Source: Felis catus
Taxonomy: Eukaryota
Assembly: GCF_018350175.1 (NCBI RefSeq)
Contig: NC_058368.1
Coordinates: 26,104,001 to 26,168,000 of the forward strand
Direction: 5' to 3'
Length of the DNA: 64,000 nucleotides
A model generated the notes under the pieces. The model ran no database searches and was not told where the DNA came from. It saw only the letters and a list, made by a program, of their open reading frames with translations. Both the position numbers and the translations under genes were made by a program. Each line of letters opens with the position of its first letter. Position 1 is the first letter of the stretch. Of this stretch, positions 37,190 through 49,973 are shown in pieces.

Positions 37190-37688
37190 AAGGGTTTTAA
37201 ACTTGGTGTCCGTGGATAGAAGCAGCGGCTCCTGGAGTTGAATGGGAAAGAAAATTACATCTCTATTTTCACTAACTTCTACCTGAAACTTAGCATTTCC
37301 TCCACTAATGAATATGGGCAAACAAACCGCAGTGTCTTAGCGGCAGCTTCGACTCTGTCACCGAAAGAAATCACCGACACTTTCATATTGCGTTATAGTT
37401 GCTGCAGATATCCGCAAATGTCACTCGTGCTCATCACGACTTCAAAATTATGATAGCTGTTAGAGCTGCTGGATCCTGTGACTTAACGCGGTGATGAAGA
37501 CGCACATCTATTACTGTGTCACAAATTTGATTTTTAATATTCTGGTAATCATATTTCCATGCAGTTGTATCCTTTGCAATCTCAAGTATTTTACTTCCTG
37601 CATTTAAAAACTTGCTTCTGAAAGGCGATCCGTAGGCTTTATCAGACTGCCGAAGGGATCCATGGCACAGAAAAGGTTGAGAACTCAC
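37190..37688. mobile_element. MER119-like hAT-Charlie element
   Basis: gtccgtggataga...aaaattacatctctattttcactaac...cagactgccgaagggatccatggcacagaaaaggttgagaac matches recalled MER119 consensus. Confidence 0.85.
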
Positions 37689-37851
37689 ATGTTAGAAGAA
37701 GAGCAAGGAAGAAAGTGACTGGAGTAAAGTAGCAATTTAGTAGTTGAGTTTGACAGGGGAGGCAGGGGCCAGATTATCAGGGTTGGATAGGCCACAGTCA
37801 AGAGTTGAGGTTTTATGTTAAAGGCAATGAGAAGCTAGTAGCGGCCTTTGA

Positions 37852-37961
37852 TGACTTTTTTTTTTTTTTTTTTTAAAGTAAGCTCTGCCCAGCATGGGGC
37901 TTGAACTCACCACCCTGAGGCCAAGAGTCATGTGCTGTACCAACTGAGCCAACCAGGTGCC
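37852..37961 (-). mobile_element. Short old Can-SINE (tRNA-like region plus tail)
   Basis: ggggcttgaactcaccaccctgaggccaagagtc...actgagccaaccaggtgcc; TSD agtag(c/a)ggc(c/t)tttga at 37837-37851 and 37962-37976. Confidence 0.9.
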
Positions 37962-40900
37962 AGTAGAGGCTTTTGAGTAGGGAGGCAACATGACGTGATT
38001 TAAGCATTAGGTCACTCTGGCTGCTGTACGGGGAAAAGACTTGAAGTGAAGACCAGGGGACCATGAAAGAGCCAGCCAGTTGGACGATGAGGGTAGAGAT
38101 GGAGGTGGTGGAAGAGATGACAATGTGCAAAGTGTTTTGAAGGTAGAACTGACAATTTGGTGCCAGACTGGATGTGGATGTGTGAGGAGAAAGAAGACTT
38201 TCAGGTTCATGGCAAGTGGGTGAAAAGTGGTGGCACGTGTCAGTATAGCAAGGGCTGGGGAGGAGCAGGCTTGGGAGCACGGAGGGAGGTGGCTATGGAA
38301 CCGAGAGTCCTCTTTTAAGCAGGTTACTTGAACTGCCTACCAGCCATCCACGTGGAGCTACCTGGGTAGGAGTTGGGTATGAGTGAGGAGCCTGGAAAGG
38401 GGGTAAGGGCTGGAGAACGAAGGTGGGGTGCTGGATATCCAGGCGATATGTGAAGTCGTGGGACAGAATGAGATCATCAAGGGAGAGAATACATCCAACA
38501 TTGAGAGGTCTGGAAGAGAAGGAAGGAGCTAGCAAAGCTGAACGAAGAGAGCAGCAAGTGAGACAGGAAGGTGGTGTGGATGTTTACGGAAATACGGGGG
38601 AAGAAAGCCATTTGAATCACAAAACATGCCTTAGTATAGATGCCACACAGTACTTTCAAAATGGGAATTTTGTAACACAAACAACAATGGGGGAACAGAG
38701 TACGTTACGATTTTCAGAACTCCACTGGGTACTGTGGATTAGCCACGAACAGGTCCTACATTCGAGGACTTGCGATTTGTGATGTGTAGACTGTGGTTGG
38801 CCTGTGGGTATGTTACGTTCTTGGGCAAGCTGTTTGACCACTTTGTTCTTTTTTCCTCTTTTCTGTTTATAAATTGAGATCCATCTATCCGGCCGAACAA
38901 TTTCACAGGAAGCTTGTGAAAAATCTCACATATCCACAAGAGAAAATGGATCACAATTTGCTTTACAATCTCAAGGTGTGAAACATCAGGGTGGGACCTT
39001 ACCCAGTTGTGTGTTCAGTGTGGCTCTTACTCAGATCCTGAGTTCACCAGTTTGCATCTTTACTATACGACTCTACTAGGCCCTGTTCTAGACAAAAACG
39101 TGAAAGAAAAATTAGTCTTTAGCTGTGCCATGTCTTTCTTTAGGTACTTCTAGCCTTACTTTGTCAGGCCCCCAAAGGGTGTCCTGAGTCTGACTCCTTC
39201 AAGGGTCTCCCTGGTGACCACCTTTCCCAAATCTCTTCCCGCAATGTGCAGTAAGGCTTCCCAGGCCTTCAGGGCTGTGCCCTAGACATGCGTGCTTCCA
39301 ACTCCCTGGCCCAGCGTTCCTCACCAATAGGCACAGAGCATGTGGGAGTTGTGGGAACAATCCAGTCCTTAATAGGTACAAGTGGGGGCTCCGGCTTCTT
39401 CACCCGCTCTTCCCATTGTCTGTAATGCTGCCATGTCCCTGTGCTGCCCCTTCCCTGGTGTGTGGCTCATACCACAACCCAGTCTCTTCCCCCTGTGCCC
39501 AACTTTCCCAGGTCACAAGATACAGGTATAGAAAGGACTTTGGACCAGGGGTAAAAGGCCTGGGTTCTGATTCTATGTCACTACAAGCCTTGAGTGGATC
39601 ACCTCAATGCCAAGTCTCACTTTCCACTTCTAAAAAACACATGGTCTGGATGAGCTCCAGAGTCCTTCTCACTCAGCCACACCACAGCCTGATATGGGGG
39701 AGCCGGACTCTGGTAAATGTTCATGGACAGCAACTGGGCTGACATGTTTCCTTTTTCTGGTCACGTATTTGAACTTTACCTTGGGTGCCCTGAGGAGTTT
39801 TGCCCTCCCTTCGTCCTAAAGGTTTATTTCAGTATTGATAGCATATAAATATCGGGGAAGGCCTCTAAGAGTACATTTTTCCAGATAATTGAGCCTTTTA
39901 GTAGACCTCAAAAACACCTTCTCCACTTGTATGTATGGAGAGTCCTGGCTATGAGGACCAGTTATTTAAATGAAAGGGATAAGGAGATGGGTCCGTGGAG
40001 AACAATCTGATAAAAAATTGTTAGGTTTCAGGCGTATAGAGTATATCTCATTCCAGAGGAGACGGATTGATGGAAAAACAAAAGACTGCAGATAACTGCT
40101 TGTGACCCCATCCCCCTTCTCCACTGGCCTAGGAATGACCAGACGAGGGTCCTTCCCCATGGACAAGAGTGGAGAGTCAAGATAATGGGAAAGTCATCAC
40201 CAGACCTCATAGTCTAGCTCCCAGAGGGCAGAAAGAATCCTTGGGTCTCTGTTAAATCCAGAGGAATATTCTAGCTTTTCGGTCTGCCTATCCTGGTGTT
40301 GTGACTGTAAGAGTAGACACATTAAAAGCAAGGATTTGCAAATGCTACCTCATCCTCTCTGCATCTCCAAAATCATCCGGGCTCCAATTGGGCCCCCATT
40401 GACTCCTGTGACCTTTTCAAGGCTGGATTCCGGGGCCATTCCCAAATGTGCCAAAAAAAAGGTCTAGAGGGAAGCCCCACTGAGGAGGAGAGGGAGGAAA
40501 ATGCCCCTCCACCCCCACTCCTCAAGACCTGGAAAAGGAATAGCAAGGCGAATTGTAGAATACTGCACAGTCTCCCTGGGGAGAAAAAGACATCCACTAT
40601 CTGGCTGGCTTTGGACTTTGTGGGGAGAGTCCAAGATCAGACAAAGGGTGCCTGAGAAATAAGATCTATCACTTAAATATTCAGCTCTCCAAAATGTCTA
40701 CAATTTAATTAAACAACAGGGTTGATCTTCTAGCTCTTGAGGAGCTCTTTTTAATTAAACTTTGCATTTCTTCTCTCTGCTCTGCAGAGGCATTCCAGGG
40801 TAACATTTGGCTTTGAATGAGCAGTCATTTTGGCCACCCACGATGGTTTGGAAAAGCCTCACTGCTGAGTTAACAAAATTCTTAAACGTGAATATCATTG

Positions 40901-41164
40901 GCTTTTCATTTTCACCGATATCCAGAAACTTCTGTTAATGTTAATAAAACTTGTGTGTTATTTTATTTCTTTTGTGGCTTTCTGCAAAATATCTCTGTAC
41001 AGAACTCAGATGCCGCCTATGTTTCAGGCCAAATTTCAGTTCTTCCATCTGTAAAATGGTGTCACAATTCTGACCCTTAATACAAAATTATTTTACACTT
41101 TTGAGTGAGGAATAAAAAGCTCATGACAGTGTGTGTGGTGTGACATCTAAAACACAGTAGCCTT

Positions 41165-41400
41165 GGGGCGCCTGGGTGGCTTGGTCGGTTAAGCGTCCGA
41201 CTTTGGCTCAGGTCATGATCTCGCAGCCTGTGAGTTCGAGCCCCGTGTCGGGCTCTGTGCTGACAGCTCAGAGCCTGGAGCCTGCTTCAGATTCTGTGTC
41301 TCCCTCTCTCTCTGACCCTCCCCCGTTCATGCTCTGTCTCTCCCTGTCTCAAAAATAAATAAATGTTAAAATAAATAAAAATAAATAAAAATAAATAAAA
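41165..41400 (+). mobile_element. Can-SINE (SINEC)
   Basis: Perfect TSD taaaacacagtagcc at 41148-41162 and 41401-41415; repeated AAATA-type tail. Confidence 0.97.
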
Positions 41401-41504
41401 TAAAACACAGTAGCCAGAATTCATGAGTAGCCTGGATACCAGTCACCCTTCATTAAAGTGAGGAAGTGGCCACTGTAGAAATTGCTTAAATCTAAAGTAT
41501 CAAG

Positions 41505-41732
41505 TTTATTTATTTTATTTATTAAAAAAATAATTTTTTTTTGAGAGAGAGAGAGAGCTAGTTGGGGGGAGATGGAGGGGTACAGGGGGAGAGAGAGAAA
41601 GAGGGAGAATCCCAAGCAGGCTCATGCCCAGCACAGAGCCCAACATGGGGCTCGATCCCACGACCCTGGGATCATGACCTGAGCCAAAATCAAGAGTCAG
41701 AAGCTCAACTGACTAAGCCACCCAGGTGTCCC
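41505..41732 (-). mobile_element. Can-SINE (older subfamily)
   Basis: Reverse head gccacccaggtgtccc; ctaaagtat on both flanks. Confidence 0.93.
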
Positions 41733-42044
41733 TAAAGTATTGACTCTAAAAGCTCAGGGTGGAGAGAATCCACAAGGGTAAAAAGGACATTAAATTATGA
41801 CATAAACTTTATTCTCATAAACTATTCAAGTAGGACCTGAGACAGGGCTCTGTATACATTGAAGAAAACTGATTAACAGGTAGGACAGAGCAAACTGATG
41901 GACAGGTAAGAAAGAGAAGGGTGAAGAGATGAGAAAAGATGGGTGAATGAAGGTGAACAAAGTGTTCATTGCCTTCCCATAATGCTGACTGTAAAAATTT
42001 GAAATCGTGTGGCCATTTCCTGCTCCGTAGAAACATACTTCACA

Positions 42045-42267
42045 GGGAACCTAGGTGGCTCAGTTGGTAAAGCATCCGACTCTTGGTTTCAGCTCAGGTC
42101 ATGATATCGCATTTTGTGAGTTGGAGTCCCATGTTGGGCTCTGTGCTGACAGTGCAGAGCTTGCTTGGGATTCTCTCTCCCACTCTCTCTGCCCCTCCCC
42201 TGCTCATGCTCTCTCTCTCTCTTTCTCTCTCTCAAGATAAATAAATAAACTAAAAAAAAAAAAAAAA
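42045..42267 (+). mobile_element. Can-SINE
   Basis: TSD agaaacatactt(c/g)aca at 42029-42044 and 42268-42283. Confidence 0.95.
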
Positions 42268-42546
42268 AGAAACATACTTGACAAAATACTATGTTTCAGT
42301 CCAATTCTACACCACAGATATTCATAATCTGAGTGTCTCCATCTAAATTCTTGTAAAAAAATGAGTCAGAACAGCATTGATTTCGGCCTGGAAACAAAGT
42401 ACACCAAAGTAATTCAGATTTCTAAAATCCAGGGTCAACCTTGATGGATTGGTGTTAAAAATATTACTGTAACCTTCCCAAAATTTTTTCTTACAGAATG
42501 TTATTTTAGAGCATGGCAAAACCACTCCTAAAACTGATCATTGGAA

Positions 42547-42577
<31 letters not shown>

Positions 42578-42608
42578 TTTGCGATCTGGGAAACCCGGCA
42601 AAACTCTT

Positions 42609-42658
42609 TGTTGCTCTACTGTAACCATTAATATGTTGCTCTACTGTAACCATTAATA
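42609..42658. repeat. Perfect 25-bp tandem duplication
   Basis: tgttgctctactgtaaccattaata x2. Confidence 0.95.
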
Positions 42659-42749
42659 TATTGTGCTTTGAGATAGTTATTTTACAACAAATGCTAATTA
42701 ATCCAGAAGTAATTACATTATAATATGTATATAAGAAACAAGAAATATT

Positions 42750-42959
42750 TAAAAAAATTTTTTTAATGTTTAATTTTGAGAGAGAGAGAGAGTGTGAACA
42801 AGGGAGGGACAGAAAGAGAGGGAGACACAGAATCTGAAGCAGGCTCCAGGCTCTGAGCTGTCAGCACAGAGCCCGACGTGAGGTTTGAACCCATGAACCG
42901 TGAGATCATGACCTGAACCAAAGTCCAACGCTTAACTGACGGAGCCACCCAGGCACCCC
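42750..42959 (-). mobile_element. Can-SINE (SINEC)
   Basis: TSD aaacaagaaat(a/g)tt at 42736-42749 and 42961-42974. Confidence 0.95.
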
Positions 42960-43579
42960 AAAACAAGAAATGTTAAACTGGAAAGGAACCAAGAAATTTT
43001 TCCAAGTTTGACTCTCTTCTTTTTGAATACAACCATCTGATACATTCCTCTTTTTGCTTCTCTGCATGAAAGCAGAGTAATTCTGGTTGCTGTTTTGCTG
43101 TCTTTGAGTGTTTGTTTCTAATAACTAGTTGTAAGCAATTTGAACATTTTTTTTTTTTTATTCTGAAGGGAAAGCACTGGCCTCTGTAACATATGCTTTG
43201 CTTCAAAAGTGACTAATGTTAAGATTATCTACATCATTGATGAACACAAGTGGCTTGAAATATTATACAGGGCAATCTGTTCTTCTTAAGGGCAGGACCA
43301 GGAACATAGCAACGGGGAAAAGAAATCAATTCATAATAACAAATGGACAGCCATGGAAGAAAAGAGCTGAGATCTCTTTCTAGCACAAGACAAGAAACTA
43401 AACTATTGAATGAAAAGAACTATTGGTCATCTTAGAACCCAAAATGTAAACTGGATCCTGAGCCTCACCATCACTGTAATTTTCCAAACCTTTGGAAAAT
43501 TGACTTTCTAAGCTGGGCAGGCTGAATGCACAAATATAATGGACTTCACTAAGTAGGTGCAATTAATGTTATGATTACT

Positions 43580-43798
43580 GGGGCGCCTGGGTGGCTCAGT
43601 CGGTTAAGCGGCCGACTTCGGCTCAGGTCGTGATCTTACAGTCAGTGAGTTCGAGCCCTGTGCCAGGCTCTGTGCTGACAGCTCAGAGCCTGGAGCCTGT
43701 TTCAGATTCTGTGTCTCCCTCTCTCTGACCCTCCCCCGTTCATGCTTTGTCTCTCTCTGTCTCAAAAATAAATAAATGTTAAAAAAAAATTAAAAAAA
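43580..43798 (+). mobile_element. Can-SINE (SINEC)
   Basis: Perfect TSD aatgttatgattact at 43565-43579 and 43799-43813. Confidence 0.97.
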
Positions 43799-44120
43799 AA
43801 TGTTATGATTACTTATCCACATCTTTAGCTAGCGGAGGTTTTGGGTAGCATTTTATATAGGTCAAAGGTCATTAAAAATAAACTCCAAGAGCTCATAACA
43901 AAGTACATGTGAAAAGCTTTTCGAATGTTTAAAATGCAGGGCCAATGTAAGGAAGTATTGTTTTATGTGATGATAGGTAGAACATATGGCAAGGGGCTTG
44001 GGAGTCATTTTTAGATGGAAATTTCAGTGATAGTTATTCTAAATGAAAATAACCAGTACCTGTATCCTTTGCCATTGAATTTGAAGAAGGAGAAAGAGGA
44101 GGAGAAATGAAATAGAAATT

Positions 44121-45025
44121 TGTATTAGTTAGGATTCTATTTTCATATAACAGGAACCCAACACCAACTAAATAAAGGAAATATATTGGCTCATGTAAAA
44201 CTTAAAGTCCAGATAGGGAACTGGACACAGAGACTTGAGTATCATTTGGCCTCTCTCTCTCTGTTGGCCTCATCTTTTCCACAACTATTGTTCTTTCCTC
44301 AAGACACAAGAAAGATGGTGTATTAGTCAGGGTTCTCTAGAGAAAAAAACAAAACAAAACAATAGGATTTGTATATTTATACTGGTAGATATAGAAAGGG
44401 ATTTTTTAAATTTTATTTTAAGTAGTTGATTGGCTCATACAATTGGCTCATACTATACAGAATGTGCAGGACCCTTCAGTCCAGATTCTAGTCCAAATGC
44501 TAATATGTCCAAACTCTGCAGGGTGGGCCAACTGCCTGGAGAGCCAGGGAAGAGCAAAGTTACAGTTCAAGTCCAAAGGTCATCAGGCTGGAGAATTTCC
44601 TCTTTCTAGGTGTACATCAGTCTTTTGACTATTCAGGCCCTCAACTAACCGGGTGAGTTCCACCCACATCATGAAGATCAATCTGCTTTACTCAAGTCCA
44701 GCTAGTTAAATGTTGATATCATCCAAATCTTTCTCACAGAAACTTCCAGAATAATATTTGACCATATATCTGGCATCATGGTTCGGCCAAGTTGGCACAG
44801 AAAATTAACCATTACAGATGTCTTCCAACAATCCTAGGCCTCAACATTCCAAATTAGCAATTCAAGCAAAAAAAGTAAGCTTTTTTCTCCTAGTATCCAT
44901 ATACTGAGCCCAAACAAAGACCTTTATTAGACATACTTCTATCCCATGACAATCCCTGAGCCTAGAAATGCCATTACTATGGTTGACAGACCCATCAGAA
45001 CCTCATGGAATGGCAAAGGGGCATG
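44121..45025 (-). mobile_element. Old MaLR LTR (MLT1K/L-like), split by an MLT2 LTR
   Basis: tgtattagttagg...aaaggaaatatattggctcatgtaa...aagtccag; continuation after 44817; right end approximate. Confidence 0.6.
44319..44816 (-). mobile_element. ERVL solo LTR (MLT2D-like)
   Basis: TG..CA ends: tgtattagtcagggttctctagaga ... gccaagttggcacagaaaattaaccattaca; 5-bp TSD gatgg/gatgt. Confidence 0.92.
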
Positions 45026-45456
45026 GTATGTAAGCCCTTTGTAACTGTTCTGCTGTATTACTTACTGAACACATGACCATCTGGGACATACTAAGCCATC
45101 TTATAAATGGGTTGGTGCTATGTAAATTCTCATCCTGTGCAGAGTACACATTTTGGGGAAAGGTATATACAGTTAAGTGCTGTGGGATAAGAGATAGGTG
45201 GGAGGGTAGACAGAGAAGAGCCCATCTTTAAGTATGGGGCAAGGAAGTGTGTTTCAACCATATAATCTATGACCTATTCATTGATTACTACTTAAATTCA
45301 TCCCAATAGGAGTACACTTGACAACAATGAATGCCCTGCCCAAATTAGATTACGTTGTTTGGAATGTTCTTTAGGTAATCATAGGGCTCCCGAGGTTTTA
45401 GCATGTGGATATAAGTTGGAATTTGGTTATAATGATTTGTTCTTATTCCACTAGCT

Positions 45457-45622
45457 ATATATATATGTGTGTATATATATATATTAGGCATATATTCCAC
45501 TAGCCATATATATATGTATATGTATATATAATCTATATAATCTATCTATATAATATAGATACATATATATAATCTACATATATACAATCTATATCTATGT
45601 CTATATATCTCTATGTATAGAT
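45457..45622. repeat. (TA)-rich low-complexity tract
   Basis: TA/TATC-type repeats; tattccactagc occurs twice (45444, 45493). Confidence 0.85.
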
Positions 45623-47610
45623 ATTGATCTCTGTTTAATGGTGATATAGATATTGATAGTTTTATTTCTAGTTATTTGTATTTGATCTCTAAAGTATGTT
45701 TATGCCCAAGTCAACTGCACAGGAAAATATACACATATAGATACCCATGCGAAAAATTTTCCCTCTCGATTTCAGATATACTTAGGCATCTGTTGAACAA
45801 TTGATTTACTTCTGTCTTTATAACTTATTGTTTCCCTCCTTCCTGTTTTGATCCACACTTTCCACTCATTGATTCAATAGCTACAATGTTCTAGGCTCTG
45901 TGAAAGATTCTAAGGGTATGTGGATAAAGGAGGCGTGGTTCACGTATATCCTATGAAGAAAGGCACATTGAAACAAGCCATTCTATGTGTGACATTGGGG
46001 CTTCAGGGCATGCATTTAAGTTCTAACCTCACTCAGGCTCTCTCTGACTCTGATACACTTATCTTCCTTTGCTCTACTCCTGTTGTCCAGTTTATTTTTC
46101 TTTTATCTTGTAATGTTTTATTTATATTTGAAAACTACTTAAATTCTGCAGAATATAAATGAACTAACAGTTCTTATTTTGCTGTGCAAGTTCAACTATT
46201 TTGGCCAATGGATTTTGTTATCTTCATAAAATGCCCCATTAAAGAACCCTCTCAAAACATGGTAACAGATGTTGTAGATACATGCACTATACAGAATGTG
46301 CAGGACCCTTCAGTCCAGATTCCAGTCCCCAGTGCAAGCAAAATCAGATACACAGCCCTCTTATAGGGATGGTTCTCAAATTTAAATAATGATAACTTCT
46401 CTATTAAAAGAAAAGAATTATCATAAACTCCCATTATTGACTTATTTTTATTATGTTACTTAAATATGTAAAGTCATAAAATAAGATATAAGCTTCTTAT
46501 GTACATAGTTGTTATACGCCGACAAAGGCAAAACAAATTTGCTTATTAAATACAAGTAAGGCTGCAAAACGAAAATATGCAGATCAACAATTTTAATGTG
46601 ATAAAAAATGTTGTTTTGCTGCAATGAGATTTCAAGCACAGCCTCATCACTGATTTTATATGTTTTTTGGTTTCTTTTTTGTGACTTCTATAATACTAAT
46701 GTGAATTCAACAATACTACTACTAATACCTAGTCACCTAAGTATCATCATCAAGATAGTGTTAACATTTTCAAGATGTTGTTCTTTTAGTTCAATAAAAT
46801 CTTACACATAAGCAAAACTGTCAGTGAGAAATCCAGGAATTTAACTCCAAATTTCAAAGCAGCTCTGTAACACTGTCTTCTTCTTTTGAAGACAAAGTTA
46901 ACATCACAGCGTAATTGGAATATACATTAAATGAATAACAAATCCAATTACTGCTTGAATAAGGAACAGAAATATGCTTCACTGTATATTTGCTATTATG
47001 CTTGCTGCTAATGAATTTTTGCAAGTTGGTACATATAACTATGGGATCTGCTTACAAGAGGAATACATACTGACTGCAGTAGAGCAGATTCTTTTGAATG
47101 TAAAACTTTGACCATTGGATTAGTGAATCAACTCTCTCAGCACTTTCCTCTTTTCAAACTCCTGCAAAATTTTTGTCCGCATAGCATCCTCATTGGAAGT
47201 ACAAGTATCGCGTGGATATACTCAGAGTTCCATGTGATTCTGACAATCCTAATTCTTTTTTAAGATTACCATTGAAATTAAAACTTAGTGTTAAAAAAGA
47301 AAAAGATCCCAGACCCTAAGAAAACATGTGCAACCCATAGCTTATGAAATGTTACCTCGCAGAATGCTTTTATAGCAGGCTGATCCCTATGAGACAGCAT
47401 AATAGCCTCATGGAGGTGGGACAGAGAGGTCATCCCAAGCCCCAAGTCCAGGCTTCTTTCTCTTCTTTTCCTCCTTACCACTTGTCATCATTTGCCTCCA
47501 TCTGTGGATGGACCAATCCATGGCCCATCAGCTCCTGCCCTAGATGCAGAGGGTTCATTATTTGCCTTTACCAGGTGGTCTGACAAAAAGAGGGCTGAGG
47601 AGCTGTTGGA

Positions 47611-47772
47611 CTGTGCTTCTCACACTTCAATGTGCACACACAACCCTGTAGATCTTGCTCAAATGCAGATTCTGACTTAATCGGTCTGAAGTGGGGCCTG
47701 AAATTGCATTTCTAACAGGCTTCCAGGATCCATGCAATGCCCTTGGCTTGTGGCCCACACTGAAGAAGCCTG
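47611..47772. mobile_element. MER5A-like element
   Basis: aaatgcagattctgacttaatcggtctgaagtggggcctgaaattgcatttctaaca. Confidence 0.85.
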
Positions 47773-48342
47773 AATCTAAGGCCTTTTCGCTGTCTTCAAG
47801 GATGCACCTTTGAGGAGGCAAAGTTTCCATCTTTTGCCTTAAGTTACTGGAAATTTGCCTTAATCCTGTGTTTTGTTTGGGACTATGGTAGTTTGGCTTC
47901 TACAAAATGGAGCAATGACTTATTAAATAGATTAAATGGATTATAAGAGTCTTATTTTAATCGGAGAGAAAGCAAAGTTTCATCAGACCCAAAGGATCTT
48001 TATATTAGAGGAATTTTTCATATCATGAGTTGGTATGAAGTTTCTATAAGATTAATAGCCAAAGAATCAATATATCAAACTCTAGAAACCCTGAATTACT
48101 TCTAATTCTTAGTGGTAAATCAATAAATCGAATAATTTAAAAGTGAATTGAGTGATTTTATTTTCATTTTGGGTTGGATTTCACTGACTGTCAGATGGCT
48201 TTAATGTGCCATTATATAAGCCTATTCCCAGATTGATATTCATGGTTAGGAAGTATTTTGATTTTTAATTAAATGCTATATATTATTGGAAGAAACTCAG
48301 GACAAAACTATCTCCCTTCTGTGAAACCTATGAAAATCATCC

Positions 48343-48765
48343 TGTATCAGTTATAAATGCAGATGGCTGTGACAGAGAATCCAACTCACTGTGGTTTTAG
48401 CAGATGGTGGGTTACTTTTCCTCACATAGCAAGACTCCTGGAGGTAGGTGGCTTAGCTGGTTCAGCAGCTCTGTGATGTCAGGGTCAGTATCTTGGCCAT
48501 TCTCCTGGTCTTTTCCTCCTCATTACAAGATGGCGGCCTCTGTTTTAGGTGTCAGACCTGCATTTAAGGTAGGAATAAGGGGGATAAGGCCGGCATCATC
48601 CTTATCCATCAATTTAACCAGTAGAGCCAAACATTTCTCAGAAACCCCCAGAGGACTCCTGCTGACGTCATTGGCCAAAACCATGTCGTGTGACCAATCC
48701 CTCTCCAACCCCCAGTAATGAAGGCAAGGGAGAAATTTGGGAATAAAGAAAGAATCAGCCATCCA
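48343..48765 (-). mobile_element. Old MaLR LTR (MLT1L/M-like)
   Basis: tgtatcagtta...gtgacagagaatccaact...ggaggtaggtgg...acaagatggc...tcattggccaaaac. Confidence 0.75.
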
Positions 48766-49744
48766 ATTTCTTTCTTTCTTTCTTTTTTTTTAATCTCCAA
48801 ACTTCCCTTTAACCGAAAAGCAGAATATTATCTTGTTTTTTTTTTTAAAGTGCTACCTCTCTGTTGGGAGAAATTGTGGTGGTTTAAGAAGTATAATAGA
48901 TACATGAAATTCCTGAAAGGGACCTCAGGGCCCAAAGATTTCTGATTAGTCCTAAAAGTGGAACATAAAAGAATCCCACTGCTTGAAGCTCATTCTAAGA
49001 ACATGTGAAATTGTCCTCAGGTAAAAAGGTCATAGGGTCTTCAACAAAGTCATGGAAGCATTCTTGTGGTTCTGTCCCCCTGAGTCCACCAAGACCGCAG
49101 AACTTAGCAGGAAAAGATTCTCTTTCCCTCATTGAGAGCAGGTTTGGAGCTTTTAATAGGACAGCTTCTGGAAACATGCTAGTGCTCCCTCTCCTTGCTC
49201 CTTTGTCCTTCCCTGGTTTTGTCACAGCAGGCTGCTGTTCCCAGGGGGTCCACATCCCACTGGAGACCTCCTTGCAGCAGCATTCCCCCCTCCTGCATGC
49301 CCCAGGGGAGACCATCTCCCATTAGGCAACTAAGAAAAGAACATTGCAAAAATTCCAGCACTTGCTCAGTCTTGGATTTCTCAACCTCTTCTTTATTTTG
49401 ATACTTTGATATGATCCAATAATTCTTAGCATTAAACTTTGCATATTTGATATATTTGTTCTGAACTGGTCACGGATTCTTTATCCTTAATTTCAAATTC
49501 CGCTTATAAGCATGAAGGTCCTTAGTGACTATTTCTAAGGAGGGGTTCACTTGTTCCTATGCATTTATCTGTGTGGAGAGTCTTTTGTTTTCCAGTTTTA
49601 CTAAGAGTTCCCTGTTTCTTACCTTTTTGCAAAACTAAGATGGCTGCTGTTATGATGTTAAACTAATCTGTAAATGGATTTCTTCGTTTATTTGTACTTT
49701 AAGTGCTGTGGTACAGGATGCCGGTATTCTAGATCATAATTCTT

Positions 49745-49973
49745 TTTTTTTTTTTAATTTTTTTTTTCAACGTTTATTTATTTTTTTGGGACAGAGAGAG
49801 ACAGAGCATGAACGGGGGAGGGACAGAGAGAGAGGGAGACACAGAATCGGAAACAGGCTCCAGGCTCTGAGCCATCAGCCCAGAGCCCGACGCGGGGCTC
49901 GAACTCACGGACCGCGAGATCAGTGACCTGGCTGAAGTCGGACGCTTAACCGACTGCGCCACCCAGGCGCCCC
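49745..49973 (-). mobile_element. Young felid SINEC_Fc-type SINE
   Basis: Diagnostic positions and CpGs intact; perfect TSD ctagatcataattctt at 49729-49744 and 49975-49990. Confidence 0.97.

Larger units (their letters stand above)
36905..38560 (-). mobile_element. L2, interrupted by a MER119-like element and a short SINE
   Basis: gggaagagcattccaggtgagggaatagca...gggcc agattatcaggg...gtcactctggctgctgt...atgagatcatcaagggagag. Confidence 0.85.

Noticed and set aside
38718..38806. Possible small exon ttttcag|...TGG|GTATGT
   Set aside because: Weak pyrimidine tract and stops in all three frames
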